A DNA stretch of 62,381 bases, filler included, from Chrysochromulina tobinii (lineage: Eukaryota): NCBI GenBank assembly GCA_001275005.1. It is 4 parts of 4 records of this genome, joined end to end, with 100 filler letters (N's around TTAATTAATTAA, not from the genome) between each part and the next. Parts side by side here need not be neighbours in the genome. Positions count along the whole stretch, not along the records: positions 16,876 to 28,823 come from JWZX01001247.1; positions 28,924 to 49,946 come from JWZX01001250.1; 2 more parts are not named here. One strand, 5' to 3'. Below, one piece after another: positions 20,839-32,060 of the stretch. Made by a program: the position numbers and the translations under genes. The notes under the pieces are model-generated. The model was given only the letters and a program-made list of their open reading frames with translations. It ran no database searches and had not been told where the DNA came from. How positions within the stretch are numbered: position 1 is the first letter of the stretch; each line of letters starts with the position of its first letter.

Positions 20839-22492
20839 CTAGATGCGATGCTGATATGAGCCCGCCTTGGTGATGTACCGCACCCACTTGATGGTTTGGT
20901 AGTTGGACTTCTCGAAGACCTTGAGGAATCGTACGTGCAGCCCGGATGCGGCGAACATAGGCACCTGGAAGTCCATCACAATGGGCGGTCGGCTCCACTG
21001 TTTGTCGCCCATTGTGGACATCATCTCGACCTCACCCGACATAAAGTATTCCGTGTCGCCTGGGAAGCGTCGAATCTTCCATGTGATACCTCCCTGCGCC
21101 GGCTCGTACTTGCATTTGCCGCTCGCCGCGGACACATTCGCCTGCGCGGTGTTCTTGGGCAGCGGGATCTTGATGACGACGTTGGTGGCGAAGAGCTTGA
21201 AGGTGAACATGGCCTTGATCTTTACGTTGACCTCAAGGCGAGTGCGCCCGAGCTCTTTGACGACGGGCAGTACCCGGAATGGGAGGTTGACGTTCTCGGT
21301 GATTCGATACGACATGAGCTGGAACTCGCCGTCGGGTGGCACGAACGAGATCGTACGATCGATGTCAAACTTGCCCAGCTTGACGCACTGGTGGAACGAG
21401 ACGTCGTCAATCTCGATGCCTGAGCCCGGCTTCTTCGCCGCCGGAGCGGCGGCTCCAGGCTTCTTCGCCTTCGCCTCATTGTCGAGCATCAGCTTGTCGT
21501 TGAGGCCGAACTTGCACTCGGGAGTGCCCGACAGGTAGCACTTGACCTGGATGACGCCGGACACGTCGTTGCGCAGGATCGTGCCCTTGTTCGACACCAT
21601 CAGGTTGCAGTTCTCGATCACGTCAATGAAGAGCTCGTTCTTGCGGTACTTGATGCCCTCCTTGCGCCAGCTGATGGCGCCGGTGGCCTGGATCGTGACC
21701 GCCTGCGACTGCGCCTTGTCCGCGGCCGCCGACTTGTCGCCCTCCTGCGTAATATACATCTTCAGCACGTCAATCGAGCAGTTCTGCGGGTAGCCGTAGT
21801 CGAGCACCTCGTCGAGCAGCTCGTAGAAGAGCACGAAGTTGTTTCTGAGCGACCTGCGCGAGCACCCGCCGCGAGAGAGCACGCGCGCGCTGGTGAGCGC
21901 TGCTACCGGCCGCCGAGCTGCTTGGCATCGCCGCTGCGCCGCAGGCAACCAGGGCCAGCCACGGCGGCACCCAGGACCCTCGGGTGCGCGCCAGGGGTGC
22001 CAGCGATGCTGCTGCTGCGCTGGCGCCAGTGGGCTGCCCCGTCGCGGCTTACTCTTCCGAGAAGTCGCCAAAATAGCCTTTGAAGAGATTGACGACCTGG
22101 TGAAGGAACTGAAAGCAAGTTGCGCACTGCGGGTTGCCCGTCGTGACGGCCACCGCGTACATGCCGCTCACACAAATGAAGAGGAAGTGAGTGTCGCCGA
22201 TCGTCTTCACCGGATTTCGGCCGGCCTCCTTGTTGGCGATGACCTGCGCGCATGGGGCGTGCCGTCTGCTCGGTGAGAAACGGCTGGCACACAGACACGG
22301 CCACGTGCGCCTGCGGCCGCGCCCACGAGCCAGCGGCGGCGCCGCCGCTGGTAATCGGTCCGTCAATCAATGCCTGGCGCTGCTTGCCTGGTTCCTGAAG
22401 GTTTCTACGGACGCCTTATTGTAGTCGTCGCGGTACTTTCGGTCGAGGATGATCTCGCCCTTTGCGTTAATGAAGAGCAGGGCACCGATCAT
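20839..22492 (-). CDS. AP2M1: AP-2 adaptor complex medium (mu2) subunit, 436 aa; exons 22492-22388, 22243-22053, 21853-20839
   Basis: Typical motifs: MIGALLFINAKGEIIL, NNFVLFYELLDEVLDYGYPQ, TIQATGAISWRKEGIKYRKNELFIDV, FHQCVKL, ISFVPPDGEFQLM, FQVPMFAASGLHVRFLKV, KWVRYIT. Introns 22244-22387 (GC-AG) and 21854-22052 (GT-AG) restore the frame. Confidence 0.93.
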
Positions 22493-22966
22493 GGCGCTGC
22501 TCAGGCGCTGCACAGGCGAGGCGCAAGGCGCCTTGCTGTCGGCGCTGCAAAACTTGTCTGCAAACACGCGAAGCGCCCGCGACGGCGGGTATGGAATACA
22601 GTAACCTGTCTCTTCCCGATTGGGGAGCGCCGCGCTGAGCATTGCTTCGCGTGCGTTGTGTAGAACTGCGCACTCCACACGAGTGGTACTTTCGGTTTAC
22701 TCTAGAGGGGGAAGCTGCTTTCCCCCCATGCCGCCGATGTGCACGGCCTGTGTATAGCCAGGTTGTGTCGGCCACACCTCCGTCCATAGCGATAGAGGCC
22801 CTCGTGCTTGGGGGTCCGGAATGCGCGTTGTGTTGAACAGTCCAGTCAAGTCAGCTTGACTTGACTTGACTTGAACAGCAGGCGCCCGCACGAGTCCGTG
22901 AGAAAAAGCTTGGTGCTTGGCTTGCTTGCTGAGGCGGCTCGCCCAGGCTCGCATTTGACCCACCAC

Positions 22967-23188
22967 ATGATCGAGGTCATCTGCAACGACCGGCTGGGCA
23001 AGAAGATCCGCGTCAAGTGCAACGAGGACGACACCATTGGCGACCTCAAGAAGCTGCTCGCCGCGCAGACCGGCACGCGCCCGGAGAAGCTGCGCATCCA
23101 GAAGTGGTACACGGTGTACAAGGACCACATCACGCTCGAGGATTACGAGATCCATGACGGCATGGGCCTGGAGCTCTACTACAATTAG
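22967..23188 (+). CDS. UBL5: Ubiquitin-like protein 5 (Hub1), 73 aa
   Basis: [30 protein letters not shown]...[17 protein letters not shown], with the diagnostic C-terminal YY. Confidence 0.97.
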   Translation: MIEVICNDRLGKKIRVKCNEDDTIGDLKKLLAAQTGTRPEKLRIQKWYTVYKDHITLEDYEIHDGMGLELYYN

Positions 23189-23811
23189 GCGCCGCCCCTA
23201 ATTAGCCATTGTACGCATGTCATGATGCATGCTCGTCCGGCGGTGATCACTCCGCGCTACTGTGCTCTAGTGTTTCATGCATATGATTGGAATCGCAGAG
23301 AAATCATGTGCGTCCAACCACGCGTGGTCACGGCTCACAGCGATGTCGCCGATCTATCGCATCCACGTGGATGGCCGCGGGCACGGCCGCCTGTTCAAGA
23401 TAATCATGAACACCCTGCCTCGGCGGTGTGTCGCTGTCAGGAAGTCAGGCTGTCTCCAAGTGAGCAGTGACGTGAACTAACTGTGAACCATGTGGAGTGC
23501 CTCGGGCCTAACGAGCCAGGCCGCGAGTGCGCTACCCACTTCTCGGCGCTCCTTCGGCAGATCGGCACACGTCGCGAGGCGCCAATGTGTCTGTCCCAGT
23601 CCCCCGTTTCTGCGCCGCCTGCGATTACGAGGCTTCAACATGTAGTGTACTATTGTAATCAGTTCCTAAAACCTTCCTTGACTTGACTTGACTTGCATAC
23701 AGTCCTCCACCTCATCAACCGAAACTTGATTGACGCCGCGGAGCTGCCCTGTGCTGCTGCTGCCTCACCTACCACATTGAGAAGAGCTCGGGCTACCGCG
23801 CGGGCGGCGCC

Positions 23812-26703
23812 ATGGAGCCCGACTATGAAGACTGGATCATCGATAAGATGAAGTTCCACCTGCCCGGGCTGTCCGACAAAGAGCTCAAGAAGGTGTTCAA
23901 GGATGCGGGTGGTGACTACAACGAGGCCCTCAAACTTGGCAAGTCGGTGACGGGAACCCAGCGACGGGAACCTCTACCCTCCCATCGTCCCAGTCAGCGC
24001 TGCGAGATGGCGGAGATGGCAGCGGCAACGGCCGCCGCGGCGGCTGAACTCAAGGCGGCCAAAGAGGTGGCGGAGGCCAAGAGGCAGAGGGTAGCAGCCA
24101 TGACCGCCGCCGTGGCAGCCGAAGTCGAGGCGCAGCTCATCAGCATGGCCAACTCGCTGCTCGTGCGTGCGAAATCAGAGGCCATGACCGCCGCGGCCGC
24201 CGCACTCAAGGCAGCCCAAGAGGAGGCGGCGGTCAAGGCGGCCGCCGCACTCAAGGCAGCGCAAGAGGAGGCGGCGATCAAGGCGGCCGCCGCACTCAAG
24301 GCAGCGCAAGAGGAGGGGGCGGTCAAGGCGGCCGCCGCACTCAAGGCAGCCCAAGGGGAGGCGGCGGTCAAGGCGGCCGCGCTAGCGGCTGCTCGCGCTG
24401 CGGCGGGCGCCGCACTAGTGTCGGTCAACAATCAGCAGGAAGCATCGGGGGCTGCGGCCGTTGCCGAAAGTTTGCCTGAGCCAGTTGAGCGTGCAACCAG
24501 TGGTACGACATCGGTGCCCGCTCAGGTGGCGATACGGGCCGAGCAGAGCATGGAGCCAGAATTGATGCCAGAGCCGAAGTTACCGCCGCCGTCAGTGCCG
24601 TGCTCTCTGGTAGAGCCACCGCTGCCGCCCACACGCCCCGAGGGCGTGCCCCAGGATGCTATGGACCTGAGCGGCGACGGCGGCTTGTGCAAGCAGTTGC
24701 TCCGGGCCGGCGACGAGGAGGGCGGCAGCCCGGAGAGCGGCAGCCTGGTGCAGGTGCACTATGTGGGCACGTTGATGGATGGGACCCAATTTGATTCGAG
24801 CCGCGACCGGGCGGGCAACTTTTCGTTCACGATCGGCCGGGGCCAGGTGATCAAGGGATGGGACGTCGGTGTGGCCTCGATGAAGCGCGGCGAGAAGGCG
24901 CTGCTCTACTGCCGCTCGGATTATGCATACGGCGCGCGGGGCTCGCCGCCCAAGATACCGCCCGAGACGACGCTCCAATTCGAGGTGGAACTCCTTTCGT
25001 GGGGCCTGCCTAAAAAGGATCGGTGGGAGGTATCTGAGAAAGAGAAGCTATCCGAGGCGTCCCGGCTCAAGGCCGAGGGTACAGAGGCCTTCAAGGCGGG
25101 CAAGTGGGCGCAAGCGCAGCCGCTGTACGCCGAAGCGGCCGAGTGGGTCGAGTATGATGACGACTTTGTGGAGGAGTCGACAAAGGCGGAGGCCGGCGCT
25201 CTAGTGATCTCGTGCTGGCTCAACGAGGCGCAATGCTGCCTCAAGCTCCAAGATTGGGCAGGTGCGATCTCAGCGAGCTCGAGCGTTCTGCGCAAGGAGG
25301 GCGAGAATGTCAAAGCGCTGTACCGGCGCGGTCTGGCGAATACCAAGTTGCAGAACTTCGAGATGGGTCGGCAGGACTTGAAGAGGGCGGCGACACTCGA
25401 CCCCAAGAGCCGTGAGATCCGAGAGGCCCTCGAGGGCCTCAAGGAGGCCGAGGTCAGATGGCCACTGATGGCCACTGATGGCCACTGATTGCCACTGACC
25501 GCCGATGGCCACTGATTGCCACTGATTGCCACTGACCGCCGAGGTCAGATGGCCACTGATTGCCACTGATTGCCACTGACTGCCGAGGTCAGATGGCCAC
25601 TGAGTGCCACTTTGCCACTGATTGCCGAGGTCAGATGGCCACTGATTGCCACTGATTGCCACTGACTGCCGAGGTCAGATGGCCACTGATGGCCACTGAT
25701 TGCCACTGAGTGCCACTGAGTGCTGATGATTGCTACTGGTAGGTCAAATCGAAGGAGGAGGCCAAGGCCATGTTCGCCAAGATGTTCAACAAGGGAGCAG
25801 ACCCCAAGCCGCCTGCAGCACACAAGGCGGAGGTGGCCAAGGTGGAGGGGGTGGAGGGGGTGCCCCCACCTGTATGCGGCGGCATTGGAGGTGGCCAATG
25901 TGGAGGCGGAGGCCACCAAGTCGGCGGCGGCGGCGGCGGCGGCGGAGGCGGAGGCGGAGGCGGAGGCGAAGGCGAAGGCGGAGGTGGAGGCCTCCAAAGT
26001 GCCCATCCCAGCGCCCATCACCAAGGAGCAGCGCGCTGCGGCGGCGGCGGAGGCGGAGGCCTCTGAAGCGCCCATCTCAGCGCCCATCACCAAGGAGCAG
26101 CGCGCTGCGGCGGCGGCGTGGGCGCAAGGTCTCCTGGACGATAAGGACGCGCGCATCGCCTACGCAACCAAGGTGTTCGTCGAGGCGGATGTCGACGGTT
26201 CAGCATCACTCGAGCCCGCAGAGGCGCTCGCCCTCGTGCGCAAGATTGCACGAAACGTTCACCTCGATATGCCCTCGGACGAGAACGTCCAGAAGCTGCT
26301 CAAGATCTGCGACAAGAGCCGCGATGGGGCGCTCCAAATGAACGAATTCCAAGCCTTCTTCAAATCCATGCTCGAGTCGGCGCTCAAGCGCTGCCGCGAG
26401 CGGATGCTCGAGCAGGCAGGGGCAACGGCGGCGGGCGCCCGTGACGGCGCCAGTGCTACCGGTCCTGCCGCGAGCGACGCGGCGGCAGCTGCCGAGGAGC
26501 GTCCGGTATCGTCCTTCATCGTCCCCGCCGAGGCGGGCGGCAACCTGACGAAACCTGCCTCCCCTACGAAGGAGGTGACGAAACCGGTCTCCCCTATGAA
26601 GGAGGTGACGAAACCGGCCTCCCCGAAGGAGGGGGCGCCGGCACCGGCACCAGCCGCGGGCACGAATGCAGCCAAGAAGGGTACCAAGAAGGGTAAGAAA
26701 TAG
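23812..26703 (+). CDS. FKBP-type peptidyl-prolyl isomerase with TPR repeats, N-terminal UBA/CUE-like segment and C-terminal EF-hand pair; introns 25453-25742 and probably 25833-25890
   Basis: FKBP domain: VQVHYVGTLMDGTQFDSSRDR..FTIGRGQVIKGWDVGVASMKRGE...YAYG..GSPPKIPP..TLQFEVELL. TPRs: LKAEGTEAFKAGKW, WLNEAQCCLKL, VKALYRRG. EF loops: DVDGSASLEPAE and DKSRDGALQMNE. Spliced frames are compatible. Confidence 0.85.
25453..25742 (+). repeat. Intronic 10-bp satellite (GCCACTGAT[T/G]) with a ~44-bp higher-order unit
   Basis: Direct reading. GCCGAGGTCAGATGGCCACTGA recurs at 25447, 25538, 25582, 25624 and 25668. Confidence 0.92.
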
Positions 26704-27321
26704 CTTCGGCCACAGGGAGGATCGCCGGGCCAACGCTATGGATTCAACCAAACGTCTTAAGGAGGGCGGGGCGCCACGCACATCAAGAGGTTAACAACTT
26801 CAGAGCCTGAGCGACACAGTCACAGAGCGCGGCTGTACCTGTGTCAGACTTGCACACTTGGACAGAGCGGTGGACACTTGGACTTGCGCTCTCACTGCGT
26901 GACATCGGCAGACCACGCTACCTTTGCCCGGAGCGACCCTGAGAGCAACACCGCACACCGGTCACCGCAAACAAGGCCCCGGTAGTTATTTATTATTATA
27001 ATTGACACACCATGAATTGACACGAATGTGGTATGTGTATGTTGTGTCGGGACGCCCCCCGTGTCGCCATTACCCCTTTGGGGCTTTTCGTTTTCCGCTT
27101 CCTCTACTACTACCAATTGAAACAACTACTTTTACTTTTTGCCGGAACCTACGTCGCACAGGACCACGCAGGTTCCTGGCAGACAAGTCTGTGTGTCCGT
27201 CTCGTGAGTGTCCCGGCTCCCCCACCGTGAGAAAAAGTTTGAGGCCCCCCTGAACTGTGTACGGTACTGTACCGTTAACCGTACAGTACTGTTAACGGTA
27301 CAGAACCGGGAACCAGAGAAA

Positions 27322-28347
27322 ATGGCGCCGCAGCGGTGCGAGGCAGCAGTCGATGAAGCGCAGACTAGCTCATGGGAGTCTGGATTCGCCATTACGATTA
27401 ACGTACCTGTATGGTCAAATGGCGCCATCGTTGTCCTCAAGACACGCAAGGACCTGAAACCGCGCTCCGCTAGGAATGCCGCGATCATTGAGAACACGAC
27501 ATCAGTCGTAAAATTGCGCTTGATGGATTGGTCTGATGCTTCCCAAGACTTTGGTTTACAAGGCGACGCATCTTATTCCCCCAAGGACATCATCGACTTG
27601 TATCATGACTGCGGTTCAGGACGGCCACCTCCGCCATACTTGCCTCCGCCATACTTGCCACCACCGGCAACACCGCCTCCGTTGCCATGTTTGACACCGA
27701 CGCCCTCTCCGTCATCTCCAAGGCCTTCGGCTCCATCCCCTCTACCTTTGCCGTCGTTTCCGCCGCCGTCTCCTGAGCCGCTTCCGCCTCCGCCTCCGCT
27801 GCCGTGTCCACCATCAGTGCCACCTCTGTCACAAACCTTTGTGGAAATGGCAGAAGAATTGGTGGAGCCAGACGCGATTCATCTGATTGCTGGAGGCTTG
27901 GCGCTGCTTGTCATCTTCGCATGGTGCTGTCCTTGGCACAGCGCCCCTGTTCGCGAGGCTTTCGGGCGGTGGCGTTCGGGAGGCCTGAAGAAGCATCTAC
28001 AGAATCAGTCCCCTCACCGCATCCATGGCAACAGGAGGCGTTTCCAGCTGGTCACACAGCTTCCAAAAGTGGATGAGGAGCCTGAAGAGTACATCAGTTC
28101 GACAAGTGAAAACTGTGCCGAAGACGAAGACAGCGATGAATACTCGAAATCGGGCCGGCCCTGCGGTGAAGAATGTGAACCTTCGATTGCAGATCAACTC
28201 GAGGAGCAAGTGTCTCGTCAGAAGGACGACGAGGAGGAGGACGAGGTTGAGGATGGGCTGCTCTCGTCGCACCTGAGCGCGCGCGGGAGCGAAACCATAC
28301 CATCAGCCGTTAAGGAAGGCCGGCGTCGTCGTGTCGGGCACCGATAA
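27322..28347 (+). CDS. Hypothetical membrane protein: N-terminal beta-rich domain, Pro-rich stalk, TM helix, acidic tail
   Basis: ORF with SSWESGFAITINVPVWSNG, a poly-Pro tract and hydrophobic IHLIAGGLALLVIFAWCC. No signal peptide seen. Confidence 0.5.
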   Translation: MAPQRCEAAVDEAQTSSWESGFAITINVPVWSNGAIVVLKTRKDLKPRSARNAAIIENTTSVVKLRLMDWSDASQDFGLQGDASYSPKDIIDLYHDCGSGRPPPPYLPPPYLPPPATPPPLPCLTPTPSPSSPRPSAPSPLPLPSFPPPSPEPLPPPPPLPCPPSVPPLSQTFVEMAEELVEPDAIHLIAGGLALLVIFAWCCPWHSAPVREAFGRWRSGGLKKHLQNQSPHRIHGNRRRFQLVTQLPKVDEEPEEYISSTSENCAEDEDSDEYSKSGRPCGEECEPSIADQLEEQVSRQKDDEEEDEVEDGLLSSHLSARGSETIPSAVKEGRRRRVGHR

Positions 28348-28823
28348 GATGCCCACCGCCTTCAGCGCGTAAGGATCAAGATGTGGTGCGCGCGATAATT
28401 CGCGACCGGTTCGTGAGCCAGCAGTGGGGCAGACGACTCCCGCAGCGCCAGCCAAGAGCGCTGGCAGCGGGTCGCAGCAGCGGAGGGTGTTGCTAGATTG
28501 AATTTTAGATTGAGGCCTTGTCGATTCAACAGGAATCCACATTCCAGGCTATACCTCCCCCACCCTGCGCTGCTGCCTGCTGCACTGTAGCAGTAGAGTG
28601 CGGCAGAGCCAGACCCAGAGGGCGAGCGTTCCAAGGAGCAGGCACTGCATGCTTGGCCTTGGGCCGACACGCGGCGGATATGGATATAGAAAGATATAGC
28701 GGCCAAGTACTGAACGAATTGAAGATTTGAAGTCGAGGTTGTGTGACATTACAGGGGGGGAAATGTAATTTCAACCTTCGGACTCTCGGAATCCTAAACC
28801 TCTTGGCCTTGGGGGCCTTGGGG

Positions 28824-28923
28824 NNNNNNNNNNNNNNNNNNNNNNNNNNNNNNNNNNNNNNNNNNNNTTAATTAATTAANNNNNNNNNNNNNNNNNNNNN
28901 NNNNNNNNNNNNNNNNNNNNNNN
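28824..28923. other. Artificial contig-join spacer
   Basis: 100-nt N block with TTAATTAATTAA. Confidence 0.97.
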
Positions 28924-29111
28924 GGCCCCGCGGGGCCGGGAGGCCCGCGGCGCGGGCGGACGCGCGGACGCGCGGCACGCGGACGGACGCGCGCACGTGC
29001 GCGCGTAAATACTAGAAAACATACTGAAAACATGCCGTTCGCTGTTCGCCATATATTGATGACATGTATACGCCGTTGCCCATTGAGGAATTTAAGCTTT
29101 CACGAGGATCC

Positions 29112-29810
29112 TCACACGGAGGGAGCAGGTTCAGCAGGAGCAATCGTAGAAGCAATCTTAGATTGCCTCCCTCCTTGGTCATGCGATCCCGCAGCGTTGC
29201 ATTCAATTGTAGCTAGGATCCCTCGGCTGTTGTCCGACTCACGCCAGGACTCGCGCCAGATCGGCGTTTGCACTATTCGAAATCGGCGCGACCTGTCCTC
29301 CCGCTCACTCCTGCCGAGAAATCGGTCGGCAGCTGCATCGTGCACAATAGCCAGGTTGACCGTGGCGCCCTCGCCGACGCCAAACGAGCCGAGAGTGCCC
29401 TTCTCTGTCACGCTGAGCAGCTTGGACCCGTAGACGAGCCGGATAGCATACCTCGGGCATTTCCTCGGTCCCAAAACCTCTGAGATCTCTGCGCTCATTT
29501 CGCCGATCGTCTGTTCTGCGTGACAGCGCATCTGAAAGGTGGTGCAGTTACCCTGCAGCAGCGTGATGGAGAACATTTCCGACTCATCATGAAGAGGGCT
29601 TCGGCCTCGGGCCTTCAGTGGGTTAAGCTCTGGATCGAGCATGCCATCAGCGCTCGGCGCTGCGGTCTTGCTGTGCATCATCTGAACCCCGTCGTCGGGT
29701 GCCACTCGCACTGGCGATGCGGGAATGACATCCTCCGCGGAGCACACCGGCAGCACCACTACCGGAAGTAACACGCCCTGCCCGCGTTTTCGACTCGTCG
29801 CCTGACCCAT
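29112..29810 (-). CDS. Ubiquitin-like domain protein
   Basis: FSITLLQG..FQMRCHAEQTIGEMSAEI...IRLVYGSKLL..KGTLGSFGVGEGATVNLAI fits the ubiquitin-fold pattern. The N-terminus MGQATS fits a myristoylation consensus. Confidence 0.6.
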   Translation of the reverse strand: MGQATSRKRGQGVLLPVVVLPVCSAEDVIPASPVRVAPDDGVQMMHSKTAAPSADGMLDPELNPLKARGRSPLHDESEMFSITLLQGNCTTFQMRCHAEQTIGEMSAEISEVLGPRKCPRYAIRLVYGSKLLSVTEKGTLGSFGVGEGATVNLAIVHDAAADRFLGRSEREDRSRRFRIVQTPIWRESWRESDNSRGILATIECNAAGSHDQGGRQSKIASTIAPAEPAPSV

Positions 29811-30377
29811 CGCTGCGCTCGCTCCTCGGGGCTGACTCCCCCGCTCGCGCGCCGGCTGGGTGTGCCGAAACCCTTGAACCCTATTACAAAGAACAGTTGG
29901 TCTTTATCCCTCAAGATCCCTTTTCGAGCAGCCACGTTGACATGTACCAGATGGATTGGAGCGTTTTGATTGAACCAAATTTCTTCTCTTCGCGAGCTGT
30001 GAGTAAACGCACCTCTCCTCTCCTTCATGTGAAAGAAACAAGCGGCATAGCCCTCGAGCGCCAAACAGCGTGCTGGAGTAACTTGCGTGCTTGCTTGCTT
30101 TCATGTAACAGTAGTAGGAATCCTTCAGCTCAATTTTTGTGTACTGGTCGAGATGATACTCACTAAAAGGGCACGTAGGATATGGATATCCCATAGCAGC
30201 GCAAGCAGCTACATGCTCACTAACTCACTCACGCACTCACTCGATACATTGTACAGTAGGTGCCACTGCCTCGCCGCCCCCTATGAGATCATCAACGTCA
30301 TCAAAAACTCGCGACGCACGTGTGTGTCTTTACAGGACAGCGCTCATTGACGCACGGAGACCGGCGCTGCCGCATCA

Positions 30378-32060
30378 ATGCCGCCGAAAAAGGGGAAGGA
30401 GCCAATCGCCGAGGTGTATGACTCCGTCACTGATGGCCTCAAGGCTTTGTATCGGACGAAGATCCGGCCAGTAGAGGAGCAGTTCAAATTTGGCGAGTTC
30501 TACTCGCCGATCATGAACGATGGCGACTTTGATGCGAAGCCCATGGTGCTGCTCGTCGGCCAGTACTCGGTCGGCAAGACCTCCTTCATCCGCTACCTGC
30601 TCGGCCGCGACTTCCCCGGGCAGCACATTGGGCCCGAGCCGACGACGGACCGCTTCATTGCGGTGATGCATGGCACTGATGACAAGACGACGCCGGGCAA
30701 CGCGCTGGCCGTGTCGCCGAACATGCCGTTTCGTGGGCTCGAGATGTTCGGCAACGGCTTCCTGTCCAAGTTCCAGGGCGCACAGCTGGACGTGCCGCTG
30801 CTGCACCACGTGACGCTCATCGACACGCCCGGAATCCTCGCGGGCGAGAAGCAGCGGATCGGCCGTTCGTACGATTTCACTCAGGTGTGCGAGTGGTTCG
30901 CGTCGCGCTGCGACATCGTCCTGCTACTCTTCGACGCGCACAAGCTCGATATCTCGGACGAGTTCCAGCGCGCGATCGAGGCGCTCAAGGGCCACGACGA
31001 CAAGATCCGCGTCGTGCTCAACAAGGCCGATCAGGTGGATGCGCAGAAGCTCGTACGCATCTACGGCGCCCTCATGTGGTCACTGGGCAAGGTGATCAAG
31101 ACGCCCGAATGCGTGCGCGTGTACATCGGCTCGTTCTGGGACGAGCCGCTCAAGTGCAACGAGTGGTCGCGCCAGCTGCTGCAAAAGGAGATGGCCGACC
31201 TGCTCAACGACCTCAAGAACGTGCCAAAGAACGCAGCAATTCGAAAAGTGAACGAGCTCGTAAAGCGGGTGCGCCTGTGCAAGGCCCACGTGTACGTCAT
31301 CGGGCACCTGAAAAAGGAGATGCCCTCGATGTTTGGCAAGGATAAGGCGCAGACGAAGCTGCTATCCAACCTCGAGGAGCACTTCCTCAAGGTGCACCGC
31401 ACGCACGGCCTGCCGGTGGGCGACTTCCCAGATGTGGCGCGCTTCCGCGGCGTCATGGACGGGCACGACCTAGCCAAGTTCCCCAAGCTCGATCAGAAGA
31501 TGATGGACAACATGGAGACGGTGCTCACCAAGGACATCCCCAAGCTCATGTCCATGTTCCCACAGGAGGGCTCGGCTAACTCGAGCTCAGGGGCCGTCTC
31601 CGATGCACTGAGCCACGTCGGCACGAACACGGCCGGGACGGCGGCGATCGAGTACCGCGCACCCGCGCCGGCACCCGCGCCCGCGCCGGCACCCGCACCG
31701 GCGAGATACGAGCCCGCGCCCACGCCGCCACCGCCTGGCCCGTCGCCCTTTGACGCGCCGGCGCCCTCTGCGGTCTGGGCGGTTGGGCGCGAGGACAAGG
31801 CCAAGTACGATGAGGTATTCCAATCACTCAACCCGACCAACGGGCTGGCGAGCGGCCAGGCGGTGCGCCCGGTCCTCGAGCGGTCAGGCCTGCCCGTCGA
31901 CGTGCTGCGCACCGTGTGGACTCTTTCGGACGTTGATCGCGACGGCTGCCTCGACGCAGACGAGTTCGCGGTCGCTATGCACCTTGCTCGCGATGCCACC
32001 GCAGGCAAGACGCTGCCGTCCGTTCTGCCTTCCAATCTCATTCCGCCGAGCAAGCGCTGA
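30378..32060 (+). CDS. EHD1: EH-domain-containing dynamin-like ATPase (EHD/RME-1 family), 560 aa, intronless
   Basis: Motifs [65 protein letters not shown]-terminal EH domain: W...K.KY..F...[25 protein letters not shown]. Confidence 0.95.
   Translation: MPPKKGKEPIAEVYDSVTDGLKALYRTKIRPVEEQFKFGEFYSPIMNDGDFDAKPMVLLVGQYSVGKTSFIRYLLGRDFPGQHIGPEPTTDRFIAVMHGTDDKTTPGNALAVSPNMPFRGLEMFGNGFLSKFQGAQLDVPLLHHVTLIDTPGILAGEKQRIGRSYDFTQVCEWFASRCDIVLLLFDAHKLDISDEFQRAIEALKGHDDKIRVVLNKADQVDAQKLVRIYGALMWSLGKVIKTPECVRVYIGSFWDEPLKCNEWSRQLLQKEMADLLNDLKNVPKNAAIRKVNELVKRVRLCKAHVYVIGHLKKEMPSMFGKDKAQTKLLSNLEEHFLKVHRTHGLPVGDFPDVARFRGVMDGHDLAKFPKLDQKMMDNMETVLTKDIPKLMSMFPQEGSANSSSGAVSDALSHVGTNTAGTAAIEYRAPAPAPAPAPAPAPARYEPAPTPPPPGPSPFDAPAPSAVWAVGREDKAKYDEVFQSLNPTNGLASGQAVRPVLERSGLPVDVLRTVWTLSDVDRDGCLDADEFAVAMHLARDATAGKTLPSVLPSNLIPPSKR

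Noticed and set aside
27337..27450. CBM2-like cellulose-binding domain
   Set aside because: Only a short W-x-x-G-F resemblance and no signal peptide; insufficient without a profile search.
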